Below are positions 17,809-27,523 of a stretch of 64,000 nt of DNA, piece by piece; within the stretch, counting starts at the first letter, position 1, and the number at the start of each line of letters is the position of its first letter. The stretch is taken from positions 1 through 64,000 of the forward strand of contig JAUVXW010000006.1 of NCBI GenBank assembly GCA_030603385.1. Reading direction: 5' to 3'. The notes beneath the pieces were generated by a model. It was not told the DNA's origin and did no database searches. It saw nothing but the letters and a program-made list of their open reading frames with translations. This DNA comes from Promethearchaeota archaeon (GTDB lineage: Archaea; Asgardarchaeota; Lokiarchaeia; Sigyniarchaeales; SOKP01). Made by a program: the position numbers and the translations under genes.

Positions 17809-18300
17809 ATGAATTCTAGTATTACTAGAAAAGATCGAGAAATGCCTTATACTCCTTTAATAGGTTTTAGTACTTCAATGATTTTTATTTTAGTATGGAT
17901 GAATGATAACCTTTTTTCAATCTCAGTTATCTTAAATAGATCTTGTCCGTTTATTATCAGATCAATCTTATTTTTTATAATATTGTGTTTAGGAGTGATT
18001 TTTATATATCTTTCACGTAAAACTTTGCTTCATGATGGTGAACTTTCAGATACACTTATTACTAGAGGAATTTATGGGCGTGTAAGACATCCATTGTATC
18101 TTGGGGGGCTTTTAATTTTCTTATCATTCATTCTGTTATCGATTTCTTTGATTTCCATAGCTCTATTTATTATAATGTTCATCTTATACAACAAAATGGC
18201 AACCTACGAAGAGAAAATTCTAGAAGATATGTTTGGTGTACAATATTTAGATTATAAAAAACAAGTGCCAAAATGGATTCCCAAACTAAAGAAAAATTAG
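17809..18300 (+). CDS. Isoprenylcysteine carboxyl methyltransferase/PEMT-family membrane methyltransferase
   Basis: LITRGIYGRVRHPLYLG...EE..L...FG.QY.DY...VPKWIP. Confidence 0.9.
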   Translation: MNSSITRKDREMPYTPLIGFSTSMIFILVWMNDNLFSISVILNRSCPFIIRSILFFIILCLGVIFIYLSRKTLLHDGELSDTLITRGIYGRVRHPLYLGGLLIFLSFILLSISLISIALFIIMFILYNKMATYEEKILEDMFGVQYLDYKKQVPKWIPKLKKN

Positions 18301-18365
18301 AAGAAAGCAAGATTGATGAAAAATTTTGACAATTACTTAACTGGTTCACGAAACTTACTTGCTAG

Positions 18366-18422
18366 AAACTAAATAATTTTTAAATTAACTTTGGTTGATT
18401 ATCATTTAGAATTATGACTCAA
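18366..18422. repeat. 57-bp imperfect direct repeat, copy 2
   Basis: Matches 17017-17073. Confidence 0.85.
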
Positions 18423-18485
18423 CGTTTATAATAATGAATGCGAGAACTCCTAGTGGGACAAGATCAACAACCGAGACATTTAATT

Positions 18486-18644
18486 CTATAAAACAATCAG
18501 AATTATACCAGTGCTCCTTTTGGGGGAAAAAATATTCCTAGACTCACATCGTATACATCTTAGAAAATAATTAGATTCATTCTTCTCCAATATAACGTCT
18601 CTCCATATATATCCACAACCCTTACATATATATTGAGGCCTCAT
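18486..18644 (-). CDS. Small Zn-ribbon protein (52 aa, not in ORF track)
   Basis: MRPQYICKGCGYIWRD...LRCIRCESRNIF...; two CxxC pairs. Confidence 0.65.
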   Translation of the reverse strand: MRPQYICKGCGYIWRDVILEKNESNYFLRCIRCESRNIFSPKRSTGIILIVL

Positions 18645-18811
18645 ATTATATACACATACTAATCGCTGTAAAATTAATCGCTGTAAAATTCAATATTTTA
18701 TGAGTTTTTTTTAAGATAATTAATTGCTATTTGAATAATAGCCTAAAATCTTTCAAAAAAGTTTATTAGTGAACTTGATATAGTTTTAATTTAGCTAAAA
18801 GAATCCATTTT

Positions 18812-19921
18812 TTGAATATGCCCAATATCACATCTCTAATCGCTCGAAGAATTAAACCTATTTGTGCAGTATGGGAAATTACGTTAAGATGTAATGGCAA
18901 TTGTATTCATTGCGGCTCAAAAGCTGGAAAGAGTCGCCTTAACGAGTTGAATACTCATGAAGCTTTGACGTTGGTAAAAGAATTATATGATTGCGGTTAT
19001 AAAGGAGTTGCATTAATGGGTGGAGAACCATTAATTAGAGAAGATTGGTATGATATTGCTAAAGAAATAAAAAAATATAATATGGATTTATCAATTGTAA
19101 CAAACGGATTAAACTTAATTCAACATATTCAAAATCTAAAAAAGTTAGATGCAGATTGTGTAAGTTTAAGTTTAGATGGAGGTACTCCAAAAACACATGA
19201 TTACATTCGGGGAGTTCAAGGATCATTTGAAAAAACACTAGAAGCTATTGGTAAGTTAAAGGATTTAAAAATACCTATAAGTGTTATCACGAGTGTTAAT
19301 AAAATTAATTTTAAGGAATTGAACTTAATAAAAAATTTACTTTTAGATAGAAATATTGCTTGGCAAATTCAAATTTGTATCCCAATTGGACGTTTTCCTA
19401 AAGAATTAGTTATAACAAGGGAGGAATTTTACACCATAGCATTATTTATAGCGATTAATCAAAAAAAATATTCGTATAGAAGATTACCATTAATAGGAGC
19501 CCATTGTTTTGGACATTTCTCAAGATTTATACCAAATTTGGGATTAACTCCGTGGGTTGGATGTCAGGCAGGATTATCCGTTTTGGGGATTCAAAGTAAT
19601 GGAAATATTAAAGGATGTTTAACACTTCCAGATGAGTTTATTCAAGGAAACGTAAGAACTCAGAGTTTAAAAGAAATTTTAACTCGGTTAAGATCTAATA
19701 AGAGAAAGTTAAATCGATTGTGTGTAAATTGTGATTTAGTAAATTCATGTATGGGAGGTTGTTTGGGAACAGCTTATGCACTAAACTGTTTTGAAGATCC
19801 TTATTGTTTAAGATCAATCGAAAAAAAATTATTTAATTTAGAAGAATTGCCTATTAGGGGAAAATTAGATTCAACATTCTCAAAATTCAAAAATTTATAT
19901 TACAATTCAATATTCAAATAA
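18812..19921 (+). CDS. Radical SAM/SPASM domain protein
   Basis: CNGNCIHC, MGGEPL, SLDG; SPASM: CQAG...GNIKGC...CVNC...CMGGC...C. Confidence 0.93.
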   Translation: MNMPNITSLIARRIKPICAVWEITLRCNGNCIHCGSKAGKSRLNELNTHEALTLVKELYDCGYKGVALMGGEPLIREDWYDIAKEIKKYNMDLSIVTNGLNLIQHIQNLKKLDADCVSLSLDGGTPKTHDYIRGVQGSFEKTLEAIGKLKDLKIPISVITSVNKINFKELNLIKNLLLDRNIAWQIQICIPIGRFPKELVITREEFYTIALFIAINQKKYSYRRLPLIGAHCFGHFSRFIPNLGLTPWVGCQAGLSVLGIQSNGNIKGCLTLPDEFIQGNVRTQSLKEILTRLRSNKRKLNRLCVNCDLVNSCMGGCLGTAYALNCFEDPYCLRSIEKKLFNLEELPIRGKLDSTFSKFKNLYYNSIFK

Positions 19922-19955
19922 TTTATATTTTAAGAAAAATGGTGAAATTACTACA

Positions 19956-20204
19956 ATGTTTAAAGATTTTTTTCAATTATATCAAATTGGTAAGGAATTA
20001 GGATTAAATAAGAAAGAAATAAAGAATATATTCTTATTTGACAATTCAAGGCATTATATATTATACACGATCTTATTGATTGTATCCATTGTTGCATTTG
20101 GGATTTTAATGATTATTTTAGGTATACAAGCCTTTAGAAATACATATCCCTCAGGAACATTGTATTCAACAGTAAAGAAAAAGGATTTTAACCGAAGAAA
20201 GTGA
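19956..20204 (+). CDS. Small single-TM protein, paralog A (candidate precursor peptide)
   Basis: MFK...QLYQIGKELGL.KKEI leader, TM helix, TYPSGTLYSTVKKKDF tail; GGTGA SD. Confidence 0.85.
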   Translation: MFKDFFQLYQIGKELGLNKKEIKNIFLFDNSRHYILYTILLIVSIVAFGILMIILGIQAFRNTYPSGTLYSTVKKKDFNRRK

Positions 20205-20304
20205 ATTTAATAAATGTAATTTAGAAAATATATAATTTTAAATTATCGTTAGTAAAAGAACTCTAAATAGAGGCGTTTTTATAATATTAAGATTAGGAGG
20301 GGAA

Positions 20305-20586
20305 ATGTTTAAAGGAATTATTCAATTGTACCAAGTAGGTAAAGAATTAGGCTTAACAAGAAAAGAAATTAATGGATTATTTTTCTTTAGAAAAGAGGCT
20401 CATAGTTTAAGATATAAAATCATATTCTATATTATTTTGATAATTACTATGTCCTTAATTGGATTAACATTAGTATTAATAAGAATTAGCATTACTAGAG
20501 ATACTTATCCTAGCGGAACAAAATATTCTACCATTAGGATAAAGGATTTTAAGAAGAAATTAAAGATTTTTATTCAAATAAAATAA
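20305..20586 (+). CDS. Small single-TM protein, paralog B
   Basis: Same architecture; TYPSGTKYSTIRIKDF; AGGAGG SD. Confidence 0.85.
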   Translation: MFKGIIQLYQVGKELGLTRKEINGLFFFRKEAHSLRYKIIFYIILIITMSLIGLTLVLIRISITRDTYPSGTKYSTIRIKDFKKKLKIFIQIK

Positions 20587-20616
20587 AATTTTAAAAAATG
20601 AGGTGAAATTACTACA

Positions 20617-20871
20617 ATGTTTAAAGGATTTTTTCAATTACATCAAATTGGTAAGGAATTAGGATTAAATAAGAAAGAAATAAAAAAGATATTCTTATTT
20701 GACAATTCAAAGCATTATATATTATATACAATCTTATTGATTGTATCTATTGTTGCATTTGGGATTTTAATGATTATTTTAGGTATACAAGCCTATAAAA
20801 ATACATATCCCTCAGGATCATATTACTCAACAGTAAAGAAAAAGGATTTCAAACGAAGAAGGCGAATTTAA
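20617..20871 (+). CDS. Small single-TM protein, paralog A'
   Basis: Near-identical to 19956-20204 including the upstream GGTGAAATTACTACAATG; TYPSGSYYSTVKKKDF. Confidence 0.85.
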   Translation: MFKGFFQLHQIGKELGLNKKEIKKIFLFDNSKHYILYTILLIVSIVAFGILMIILGIQAYKNTYPSGSYYSTVKKKDFKRRRRI

Positions 20872-20915
20872 TTAAGGATTTTAAGAAGAAATTTAGATGT
20901 GAATACTCTTAAAAA

Positions 20916-22262
20916 ATGAGAATAAATGTAGGTTGTGGAAAAAAATTCGAACCAGAATATTATAATATAGATTTATATGAAGATTTAATAGCAGATAAGC
21001 TAATGTCTGCTGTTAATCTTGAAATCGATGACAATATCTGTGAGGAAGTAAAAGCAATTCAAATTATTGAACATTTATCTTTTTTTGAAGCTATTTATGC
21101 TCTAAATGAATTCTTTCGTGTCTTGCAGTTGAAGGGTAAATTAATTATTGAAATCCCTGATCTGATGAAAGCATGTCAATTGTATTTAAACTCTAATGAT
21201 GAACAGAAAAAGATTGTATTAGGGTGGATTTATGGAATACCAGATAAAGGATTGCAACACAAATTCTGTTTTCCTGCTTACTTATTAACAGAAATATTAG
21301 AAAATATCGGATTTATAAATATTAAAACTACAAAATTTTCTAACTCTGAATCGATTCCAATATTGAGATTTGAATGCTATAAACCTGTAAATTGGGATGA
21401 TGCTGAAATCTTCCAGATCTTGGCAAAAATGCACAAAATACTACGATCTGAAAACTATATTGATTTTACTAATTCTCTTATGGTTAAGGAACAAGAAGAT
21501 TTATTATCTTTATATTTAGTTAGATTACTTGAATTTCGAAAAAAGAAGAAAAAAGAAATTTTTTTTGAGATGCTTATTGAATCCTTGATAAAATGGCCCC
21601 AATCTGTTAAAATATTATTAAGAGTTCTAAAAGATAAAAATTTCATTTCTCAGTTGGAGAACAAACATATTCTTAATGTAACAGATCTCTTAATTCAGTT
21701 AAATTTTCCCAATATTTTGTGCTACTCATTGAAAAATGTATTTATTTATCCCGGAACTCAGAAAATAGCATTTTCCTCAATTGAATCCTTTGCGAGGAAG
21801 ATAATAAAAAAATTGATACAAAATGATGAAGAAAAAGATAAAATAATAAGTAAATTGAAAATGTTGTCTGATAAAACTGAATATCCAGAGATAGAATTCT
21901 TTTCTCTTAAAGTTTTAGAAAAGAAGGCATTAGATTATTTTTATCTTGGAATTAAAGCTTTTTATGGAGAAAATTACAAAATCGCATATAATCGTTTTCT
22001 GAGAGCTATAAAACTTTATAGAGATGATTTCTTATATTTTTGGAATCTTGCTAAGATTTTAGTAAAGCTACATCAAAAGAATGAGGCAATTAGATATTAT
22101 AAGAGAACACTTAGGTTAGTAAAGATAACTAAAATTGGCAAAAAAAATACTATTCGAAACGAAATCATTAAAGAACTTAATTGTTTAAAGAAAGATAAAG
22201 AAGCTGCTCAAGAATTCAAACCAGTAATGTCCATCGAAAATCTATTAAATAAAGTTAATTGA
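20916..22262 (+). CDS. Class I SAM-dependent methyltransferase-like domain fused to C-terminal TPRs
   Basis: INVGCG...NID...IIEHL...RVL...GKLIIEIPD; TPR-like YFYLG...A...F.RAI.L.../LA......EAI.YY. Confidence 0.8.
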   Translation: MRINVGCGKKFEPEYYNIDLYEDLIADKLMSAVNLEIDDNICEEVKAIQIIEHLSFFEAIYALNEFFRVLQLKGKLIIEIPDLMKACQLYLNSNDEQKKIVLGWIYGIPDKGLQHKFCFPAYLLTEILENIGFINIKTTKFSNSESIPILRFECYKPVNWDDAEIFQILAKMHKILRSENYIDFTNSLMVKEQEDLLSLYLVRLLEFRKKKKKEIFFEMLIESLIKWPQSVKILLRVLKDKNFISQLENKHILNVTDLLIQLNFPNILCYSLKNVFIYPGTQKIAFSSIESFARKIIKKLIQNDEEKDKIISKLKMLSDKTEYPEIEFFSLKVLEKKALDYFYLGIKAFYGENYKIAYNRFLRAIKLYRDDFLYFWNLAKILVKLHQKNEAIRYYKRTLRLVKITKIGKKNTIRNEIIKELNCLKKDKEAAQEFKPVMSIENLLNKVN

Positions 22263-22452
22263 ATTAACTCAAATAGAGAAAATCTTGTTAAGGATTTTTC
22301 ATCTATTTAATTTTTGAGAAAGAAACATTTAAAAGTTTTATTCAATCACTTTGAATTTTTGAATTTTTATGTTAGATGGAGAAAAATAGAATCTAATCTC
22401 ACTGTCTTTAATCATTGTGAAAATATTAACAAATGATGAAAATACAATTGCA

Positions 22453-23235
22453 CTAATTATTGAGTTTTGATAGGTGTTTTTTATTGATTGGGCATACATC
22501 TAAGCATGTGGTACAACCAATAGTATATTCTAATAAGAAGGTATTCGAAATCAATTCAATATTCTTTAAATATTCCTGATCATAAGGATGTAATATATTG
22601 ATCCCATGCTTAACTGTATTTGGTAGACAGGTCATCTTTTTAAAATTACCACTTTTGTCAAATGCTTTATTAGGGCACTTATCAACACACAAATTACATT
22701 CTTTGCATACATTATCTTTCATTATCGGATCTGCAATTAGTTTTGCGGTTGTTATTACAGCTGACAACCTCAATAATGTGCCATGGATTGGATGAATTAA
22801 CAACCCATTTTTTGCGATTTTTCCGAGACCTGCTGCCAATCCTGCATGTTTTAATGAAATAATTCCCCACGGTTGAAAATTCTCTATTGCTAGAGGATTA
22901 TACGATGGAATGGAAATCGAATAATAGCCAAGAGATTCAACATAATGAGCTAATCTGACTCCTGTAATATCTAAAAATTTATATAAACTATGATAGGCTC
23001 TATGAACAAGGTTAGTATGATGATTTTTCAATCTAAAAATTGATCTTGGCATTGATTTACCAAAAACAATAACTGAATTAGCATCTTCCAAGATATTTTT
23101 TGGTTGATGAGATTCCGGTGCTTCCAGGAAAAGATCGTTATTCACATCTGCAATCCCAACTATATCCATGTCGGCTTTTAAAACAAATTTTTTTACTTTA
23201 TCTGTTAGCTCTTGATTTCGATTCGTTTCTGACAT
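22453..23235 (-). CDS. Epoxyqueuosine reductase/reductive dehalogenase-like 4Fe-4S protein
   Basis: DIVGIA, SLKHAGLAAGLG.I.KN.L, CKECNLCVDKCP, C...CTTCLDVCP. Confidence 0.8.
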   Translation of the reverse strand: MSETNRNQELTDKVKKFVLKADMDIVGIADVNNDLFLEAPESHQPKNILEDANSVIVFGKSMPRSIFRLKNHHTNLVHRAYHSLYKFLDITGVRLAHYVESLGYYSISIPSYNPLAIENFQPWGIISLKHAGLAAGLGKIAKNGLLIHPIHGTLLRLSAVITTAKLIADPIMKDNVCKECNLCVDKCPNKAFDKSGNFKKMTCLPNTVKHGINILHPYDQEYLKNIELISNTFLLEYTIGCTTCLDVCPINKKHLSKLNN

Positions 23236-23333
23236 ATTAAATCCCCATAATTAAAATTCCTAATTATAACTCATTTCTTTGTTAAGAAATAATTATTTAA
23301 TTATCTATTTTTTGAAAAAAAAAAAATTTGATT

Positions 23334-24509
23334 TTAATCACGTTGACCAAGAATAGTCACTGAACAAACGGCATAAGCGCCTCCCAAATTGTGAGCTAAG
23401 CCAAGTTTAGGTTCAGGAACTTGTCTTCCTTCAGCTCTTCCTTGAAGTTGTTTAGTAACCTCCTGGACCATTCTGCAACCGGTACTTCCTATTGGATGGC
23501 CAAATGATTTAAGTCCACCACTTGGATTCACTGCTGTTTCCCCATCCCAATTAAACGTACCATTTTTTAATTCTTCAGCTGCTTTCCCTCGCTCACAAAA
23601 TTGCAGATCTTGACAGTTCAATAACTCAGTTATTGTAAAACAATCGTGAACTTCTGCTAAGTCAATTTCCTTCCTGGGATTTATAATACCTGCTTCTTCG
23701 TATGCCATTTTTGCCGCATCAACAGTAGCTGGAGCTGATATGAAATCAAAATTTGTATCATACCAGGGGTAAGCCGTATGTACAGAAAGTGAATTGGATT
23801 TAACAAGAATATAATCATCGGCGTGAGCATAAGATTCTGCTAGTTCGGGTCGGGTTAGGATTAGTGCAGCAGAACCATCACTCATTGCGCAACAATCAAA
23901 TCGTCCTAAAGGATCTGCAATCATAGGAGCATTTAAAGCTTGTTCTAATGTAATTTTAATTCTGAAATGGGCTTTTGGATGATAATAACCATTCTCATGG
24001 TTCTTTACAGCCACACGTGCTAAATCCTCTTTATTCCAACCATATTCATGAAAACTACGAGTAGCAAGTAAGCAAAACATCGCTGGAGCTGATGGACGCG
24101 GTAATACAGGATGACCCATTACTGTAGTACCAGGAAGACCTCTTCCTCCCTCATCCATCAATTTTTCCACACCACAAGCCATAGCCACGTCATAGGCTCC
24201 AGAAGCAACCCCAAAACATGCATTACGAAAGGCATCCATACCTGAGGCGCAGTAGTTCTCGACTCGAGTTATTGGTTTACCACCTAACCTTAATGAATCT
24301 TCTAAAGTAGTTCCAGAAACACCTGTAAAGAAGTAATAAACTCCAAGCCAAGCTGCATCAACTTCCTCTTTAGTGATACCAGCATCTTTTATAGCTCCTT
24401 GAGTTGCTTCAAAAAGTAAATCTTCTTTGCTTTTATTCCATAATTCACCATATTTTGTAGCATCACATCCAATAACGGCAACTTTATCTTTAATACCATG
24501 TGCAACCAT
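23334..24509 (-). CDS. Thiolase (SCP2/archaeal-type acetyl-CoA acetyltransferase family), paralog 2
   Basis: ENYCASG, EVHDCF, NPSGGL, GHPIGSTG, HNLGG. Confidence 0.93.
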   Translation of the reverse strand: MVAHGIKDKVAVIGCDATKYGELWNKSKEDLLFEATQGAIKDAGITKEEVDAAWLGVYYFFTGVSGTTLEDSLRLGGKPITRVENYCASGMDAFRNACFGVASGAYDVAMACGVEKLMDEGGRGLPGTTVMGHPVLPRPSAPAMFCLLATRSFHEYGWNKEDLARVAVKNHENGYYHPKAHFRIKITLEQALNAPMIADPLGRFDCCAMSDGSAALILTRPELAESYAHADDYILVKSNSLSVHTAYPWYDTNFDFISAPATVDAAKMAYEEAGIINPRKEIDLAEVHDCFTITELLNCQDLQFCERGKAAEELKNGTFNWDGETAVNPSGGLKSFGHPIGSTGCRMVQEVTKQLQGRAEGRQVPEPKLGLAHNLGGAYAVCSVTILGQRD

Positions 24510-24567
24510 GTATTTAACCTCATTTGTTAAATAAATTTAATAAAAAAAATATTTGATTTTTAATTTT

Positions 24568-25755
24568 TCAATCCCTCTGTCCCAAAATCGTGACTGAGGC
24601 AACACTGAAAGCACCCCCAAGATTGTGACATAAACCAATCTTAGCATCAGGAACTTGTCTCCCTTCAGCACGACCTTGCAATTGTTTAGTTATCTCTTGA
24701 AGCATTCTACAACCTGTTGAACCGATTGGATGCCCAAATGATTTCAAACCTCCACTTGGATTGATTGCTGTTTCTCCATCCCAATTAAATGTTCCATTCT
24801 TTAATTCTTCAGCAGCCATACCACGGTCGCAAAATTGCAGGTCTTGGTCATTGATAAGTTCGGTAATGGTAAAACAATCGTGAACCTCTGCTGCTTCAAT
24901 CTCTTTTCTAGGATTGGTAATCCCCGCCTCTTTATATGCCAATTTAGCAGCTTTAACCGTTGAGGGGAAACTCGTAAAATCTGCCCCAGGTCCATTAGGT
25001 GGAACATACCATGGAAAATTCGTCCTTGCTGATATTTGATTTGATTTTACTACTATATAATCGTCCGCATGTGCGTAACTCTCAGCAAGTTCGGGTCTTG
25101 TTAAGATTAATGATGCTGCTCCGTCTGACATTGCACAACAGTCGAATCGGCCAAGAGGGTCAGCAATCATAGGAGCTTTCATCGCTTGTTCAATTGTAAT
25201 TTTACTTCTAAAATGGGCTTTTGGATGATATGAGCCATTATCATGATTTTTCACTGCTACTCGAGCTAGATCTTCTTTTGTCCATCCAAATTCATGAAAA
25301 CATCTTGTTGCTGCCATTGAAAACATTGCAGGAGCAGATGGTAATGGTAATACAGGATGCCCAAATATCTTAAATCCAGGTAATCCACTTGAACCTTCAT
25401 CCATAAGTTTTTCAACGCCACATGCGAGAACTACATCATAAGCACCACTAACAACACCAAAACATGCATTTCGAAAAGCATCCATACCTGAGGCGCAGTA
25501 GTTCTCGACTCGAGTTATTGGGATACCATCAAGCCTTAAAATATCTTCAACTGTAGCACCTGACATACCAGTAAAATAATAGTAGATCCCTGCCCAAACT
25601 GCCTCAATCTCCTCTTTTTTGATTCCAGCATCTTTAAGAGCACCTTGAGTTGCTTCAAAAAGTAAATCTTCCCTTCCCTTATCCCATAATTCTCCATATT
25701 TCGTAGCATCACATCCAATAATAGCAACCTTATCTTTAATTCCTTTTACTGCCAA
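24568..25755 (-). CDS. Thiolase (SCP2/archaeal-type), paralog 1
   Basis: Same motifs; TTG start with GGAGGTG SD. Confidence 0.93.
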   Translation of the reverse strand: MAVKGIKDKVAIIGCDATKYGELWDKGREDLLFEATQGALKDAGIKKEEIEAVWAGIYYYFTGMSGATVEDILRLDGIPITRVENYCASGMDAFRNACFGVVSGAYDVVLACGVEKLMDEGSSGLPGFKIFGHPVLPLPSAPAMFSMAATRCFHEFGWTKEDLARVAVKNHDNGSYHPKAHFRSKITIEQAMKAPMIADPLGRFDCCAMSDGAASLILTRPELAESYAHADDYIVVKSNQISARTNFPWYVPPNGPGADFTSFPSTVKAAKLAYKEAGITNPRKEIEAAEVHDCFTITELINDQDLQFCDRGMAAEELKNGTFNWDGETAINPSGGLKSFGHPIGSTGCRMLQEITKQLQGRAEGRQVPDAKIGLCHNLGGAFSVASVTILGQRD

Positions 25756-25769
25756 CTTTTACACCTCCT

Positions 25770-27209
25770 TTAAAATCTCCCTCTTATTGGTCGACATTTC
25801 CAATAGTAATTCTTGAAGTCCGCACCTTCATGCTCTTTTCTAAAAGTTAATTCAACTTCCATTCCGATTTTTACATTATCTTCTGGATTTTCTATTTCTG
25901 TCATATTTAGCAAAATCCGCCCGCCACCATCAAGATCTATTACACAACGTGGAACAGGTGTAGCTAAATATGAACCCCCAACTAGATGATCTAGTGTGTA
26001 AGTAAATATTTTACCTTTTAGCGCAAGTTTAACAAGTTCCATTTGATCATCAGCTCTACACACGATACAAGAACGGAATGTAGAAGGATATTGAACAGTC
26101 CCACAACTTTTACATCGATTACCGTACATTTTATATACAGTAAGAGTATCACGCCACATTGTCACAGCTGAGCTTTTTCTTACATACCGGTCTTTTGCAA
26201 GGAGTTTTTTACTTTCAATATACACATTATAATTTTGTAGAGTTTTCATTGATTTTTGGTGCCCTGCCATGCCCATATGATTTTTGGATAGTTCTCTCAG
26301 AGCTCTTCTATCTTGAACATGCATCAATATCGCATCGGCACCATCACCATATCCAGCTAAAATTATTTTTGCTTCTTCTTTTGGGCGCTTCATAGCAGAA
26401 ATTAGCAACATAAAAGACATTGGAGTTCCGAGGTCACCAACTTGAAAAAATAATCCATTTTGGGCGACACCTTGGCTGAATTTCATTCTCTTGGAGATAC
26501 GACCATGTGTTCGGGGATTATTATAGTAGTATGCAGCTACATCAATATCTTCAGGATTCAAGTTATTTCTTTTCATAATCTCAGACATTACTCTTGTAAT
26601 ACTTTGAGTATAAATTTGGTTGTCCATTTTCGATTCAAAGGTTCTAATAAAATTATCTTCTTTAGCCCTTTTCCAGGGGCCTGTAACATTAACTGAGATA
26701 GAATAATAATCATCAATAATAATAGGCAGGTTTTCTCCTTCTGAAACCAAGAGAGCAGCAGCACCATCAGCATATCCAAATTCATACATAGTTGCAGGTT
26801 CTGCTTCTCTAGTATCTGAAGCGATAATAAGTATGCTGCTGATGTCTTTATTTGCTTTAATGGTATCCATTGCTCTTGCTAAGGCCGTTGTTCCTGCCTT
26901 CAAGGAATCTGTAAAATCTATAGTTATAATATCTTCTCTCATATCTAATACGGTAGCTATGAATGAGGCTGAATCTTTTTCAGTATACACTTGAGTTGTA
27001 GAAGCAAAATACAAACCGTCAATACTCTTTGGATCAATTCCGCTTAAACAATCTAATCCTGCCTCTACAGCCATAGTAAGACTATCTTCATCAACACTCG
27101 CAATAGCTTTAGTACCGGGGACTGTTGGAAAGTCCCACGCTTTAGCAATCAACTCACGGGGCATAAGATATTTTGGTAAATATGCGCCATAAGACTTTAT
27201 TCCTATCAT
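25770..27209 (-). CDS. HMG-CoA synthase-like domain fused to DUF35 (Zn ribbon + OB fold)
   Basis: MIGIKSYGAYLP, DEDSLTMAVEA, GYGDGADA; CKSC...CIVC and GMEVELTFRK. Confidence 0.9.
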   Translation of the reverse strand: MIGIKSYGAYLPKYLMPRELIAKAWDFPTVPGTKAIASVDEDSLTMAVEAGLDCLSGIDPKSIDGLYFASTTQVYTEKDSASFIATVLDMREDIITIDFTDSLKAGTTALARAMDTIKANKDISSILIIASDTREAEPATMYEFGYADGAAALLVSEGENLPIIIDDYYSISVNVTGPWKRAKEDNFIRTFESKMDNQIYTQSITRVMSEIMKRNNLNPEDIDVAAYYYNNPRTHGRISKRMKFSQGVAQNGLFFQVGDLGTPMSFMLLISAMKRPKEEAKIILAGYGDGADAILMHVQDRRALRELSKNHMGMAGHQKSMKTLQNYNVYIESKKLLAKDRYVRKSSAVTMWRDTLTVYKMYGNRCKSCGTVQYPSTFRSCIVCRADDQMELVKLALKGKIFTYTLDHLVGGSYLATPVPRCVIDLDGGGRILLNMTEIENPEDNVKIGMEVELTFRKEHEGADFKNYYWKCRPIRGRF

Positions 27210-27523
27210 TTATTTATTTCTCCCTTTTTTTTAATATTTAATTTATTATATGATTCTGAATTTTCCACAATTAAAATATTTCTTCAAATTTAGTACTGCA
27301 ATTACATAAAAAAAAAGTTATTAAGTAAAATTTTTAATAATTTCCTTTTGAGGATTAAAGAGATATAGTTTTTAGTTGGCAAAACTTACACTTTTTCTAT
27401 GGTTAAATAATTCTCCATTAGGATATTTGAAAATGGGAAAAGGATGGGAGACCTTTATAAGAATCTTTTTCTATTCGTCATACCTAATTATTCTTAATAT
27501 ACTAAATTGTATTCTATGATGAT

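Noticed and set aside
18660-18689. 15-bp tandem duplication TAATCGCTGTAAAAT x2 as a CRISPR or iteron
   Set aside because: Only two adjacent copies with no spacer; most likely a slippage duplication.
22453-23235. Bona fide respiratory reductive dehalogenase or queG
   Set aside because: Short (260 aa), with no Tat signal or membrane-anchor gene; only family-level similarity can be supported.
25770-27209. Canonical mevalonate-pathway HMG-CoA synthase
   Set aside because: The catalytic Cys motif is absent and the domain is fused to DUF35.
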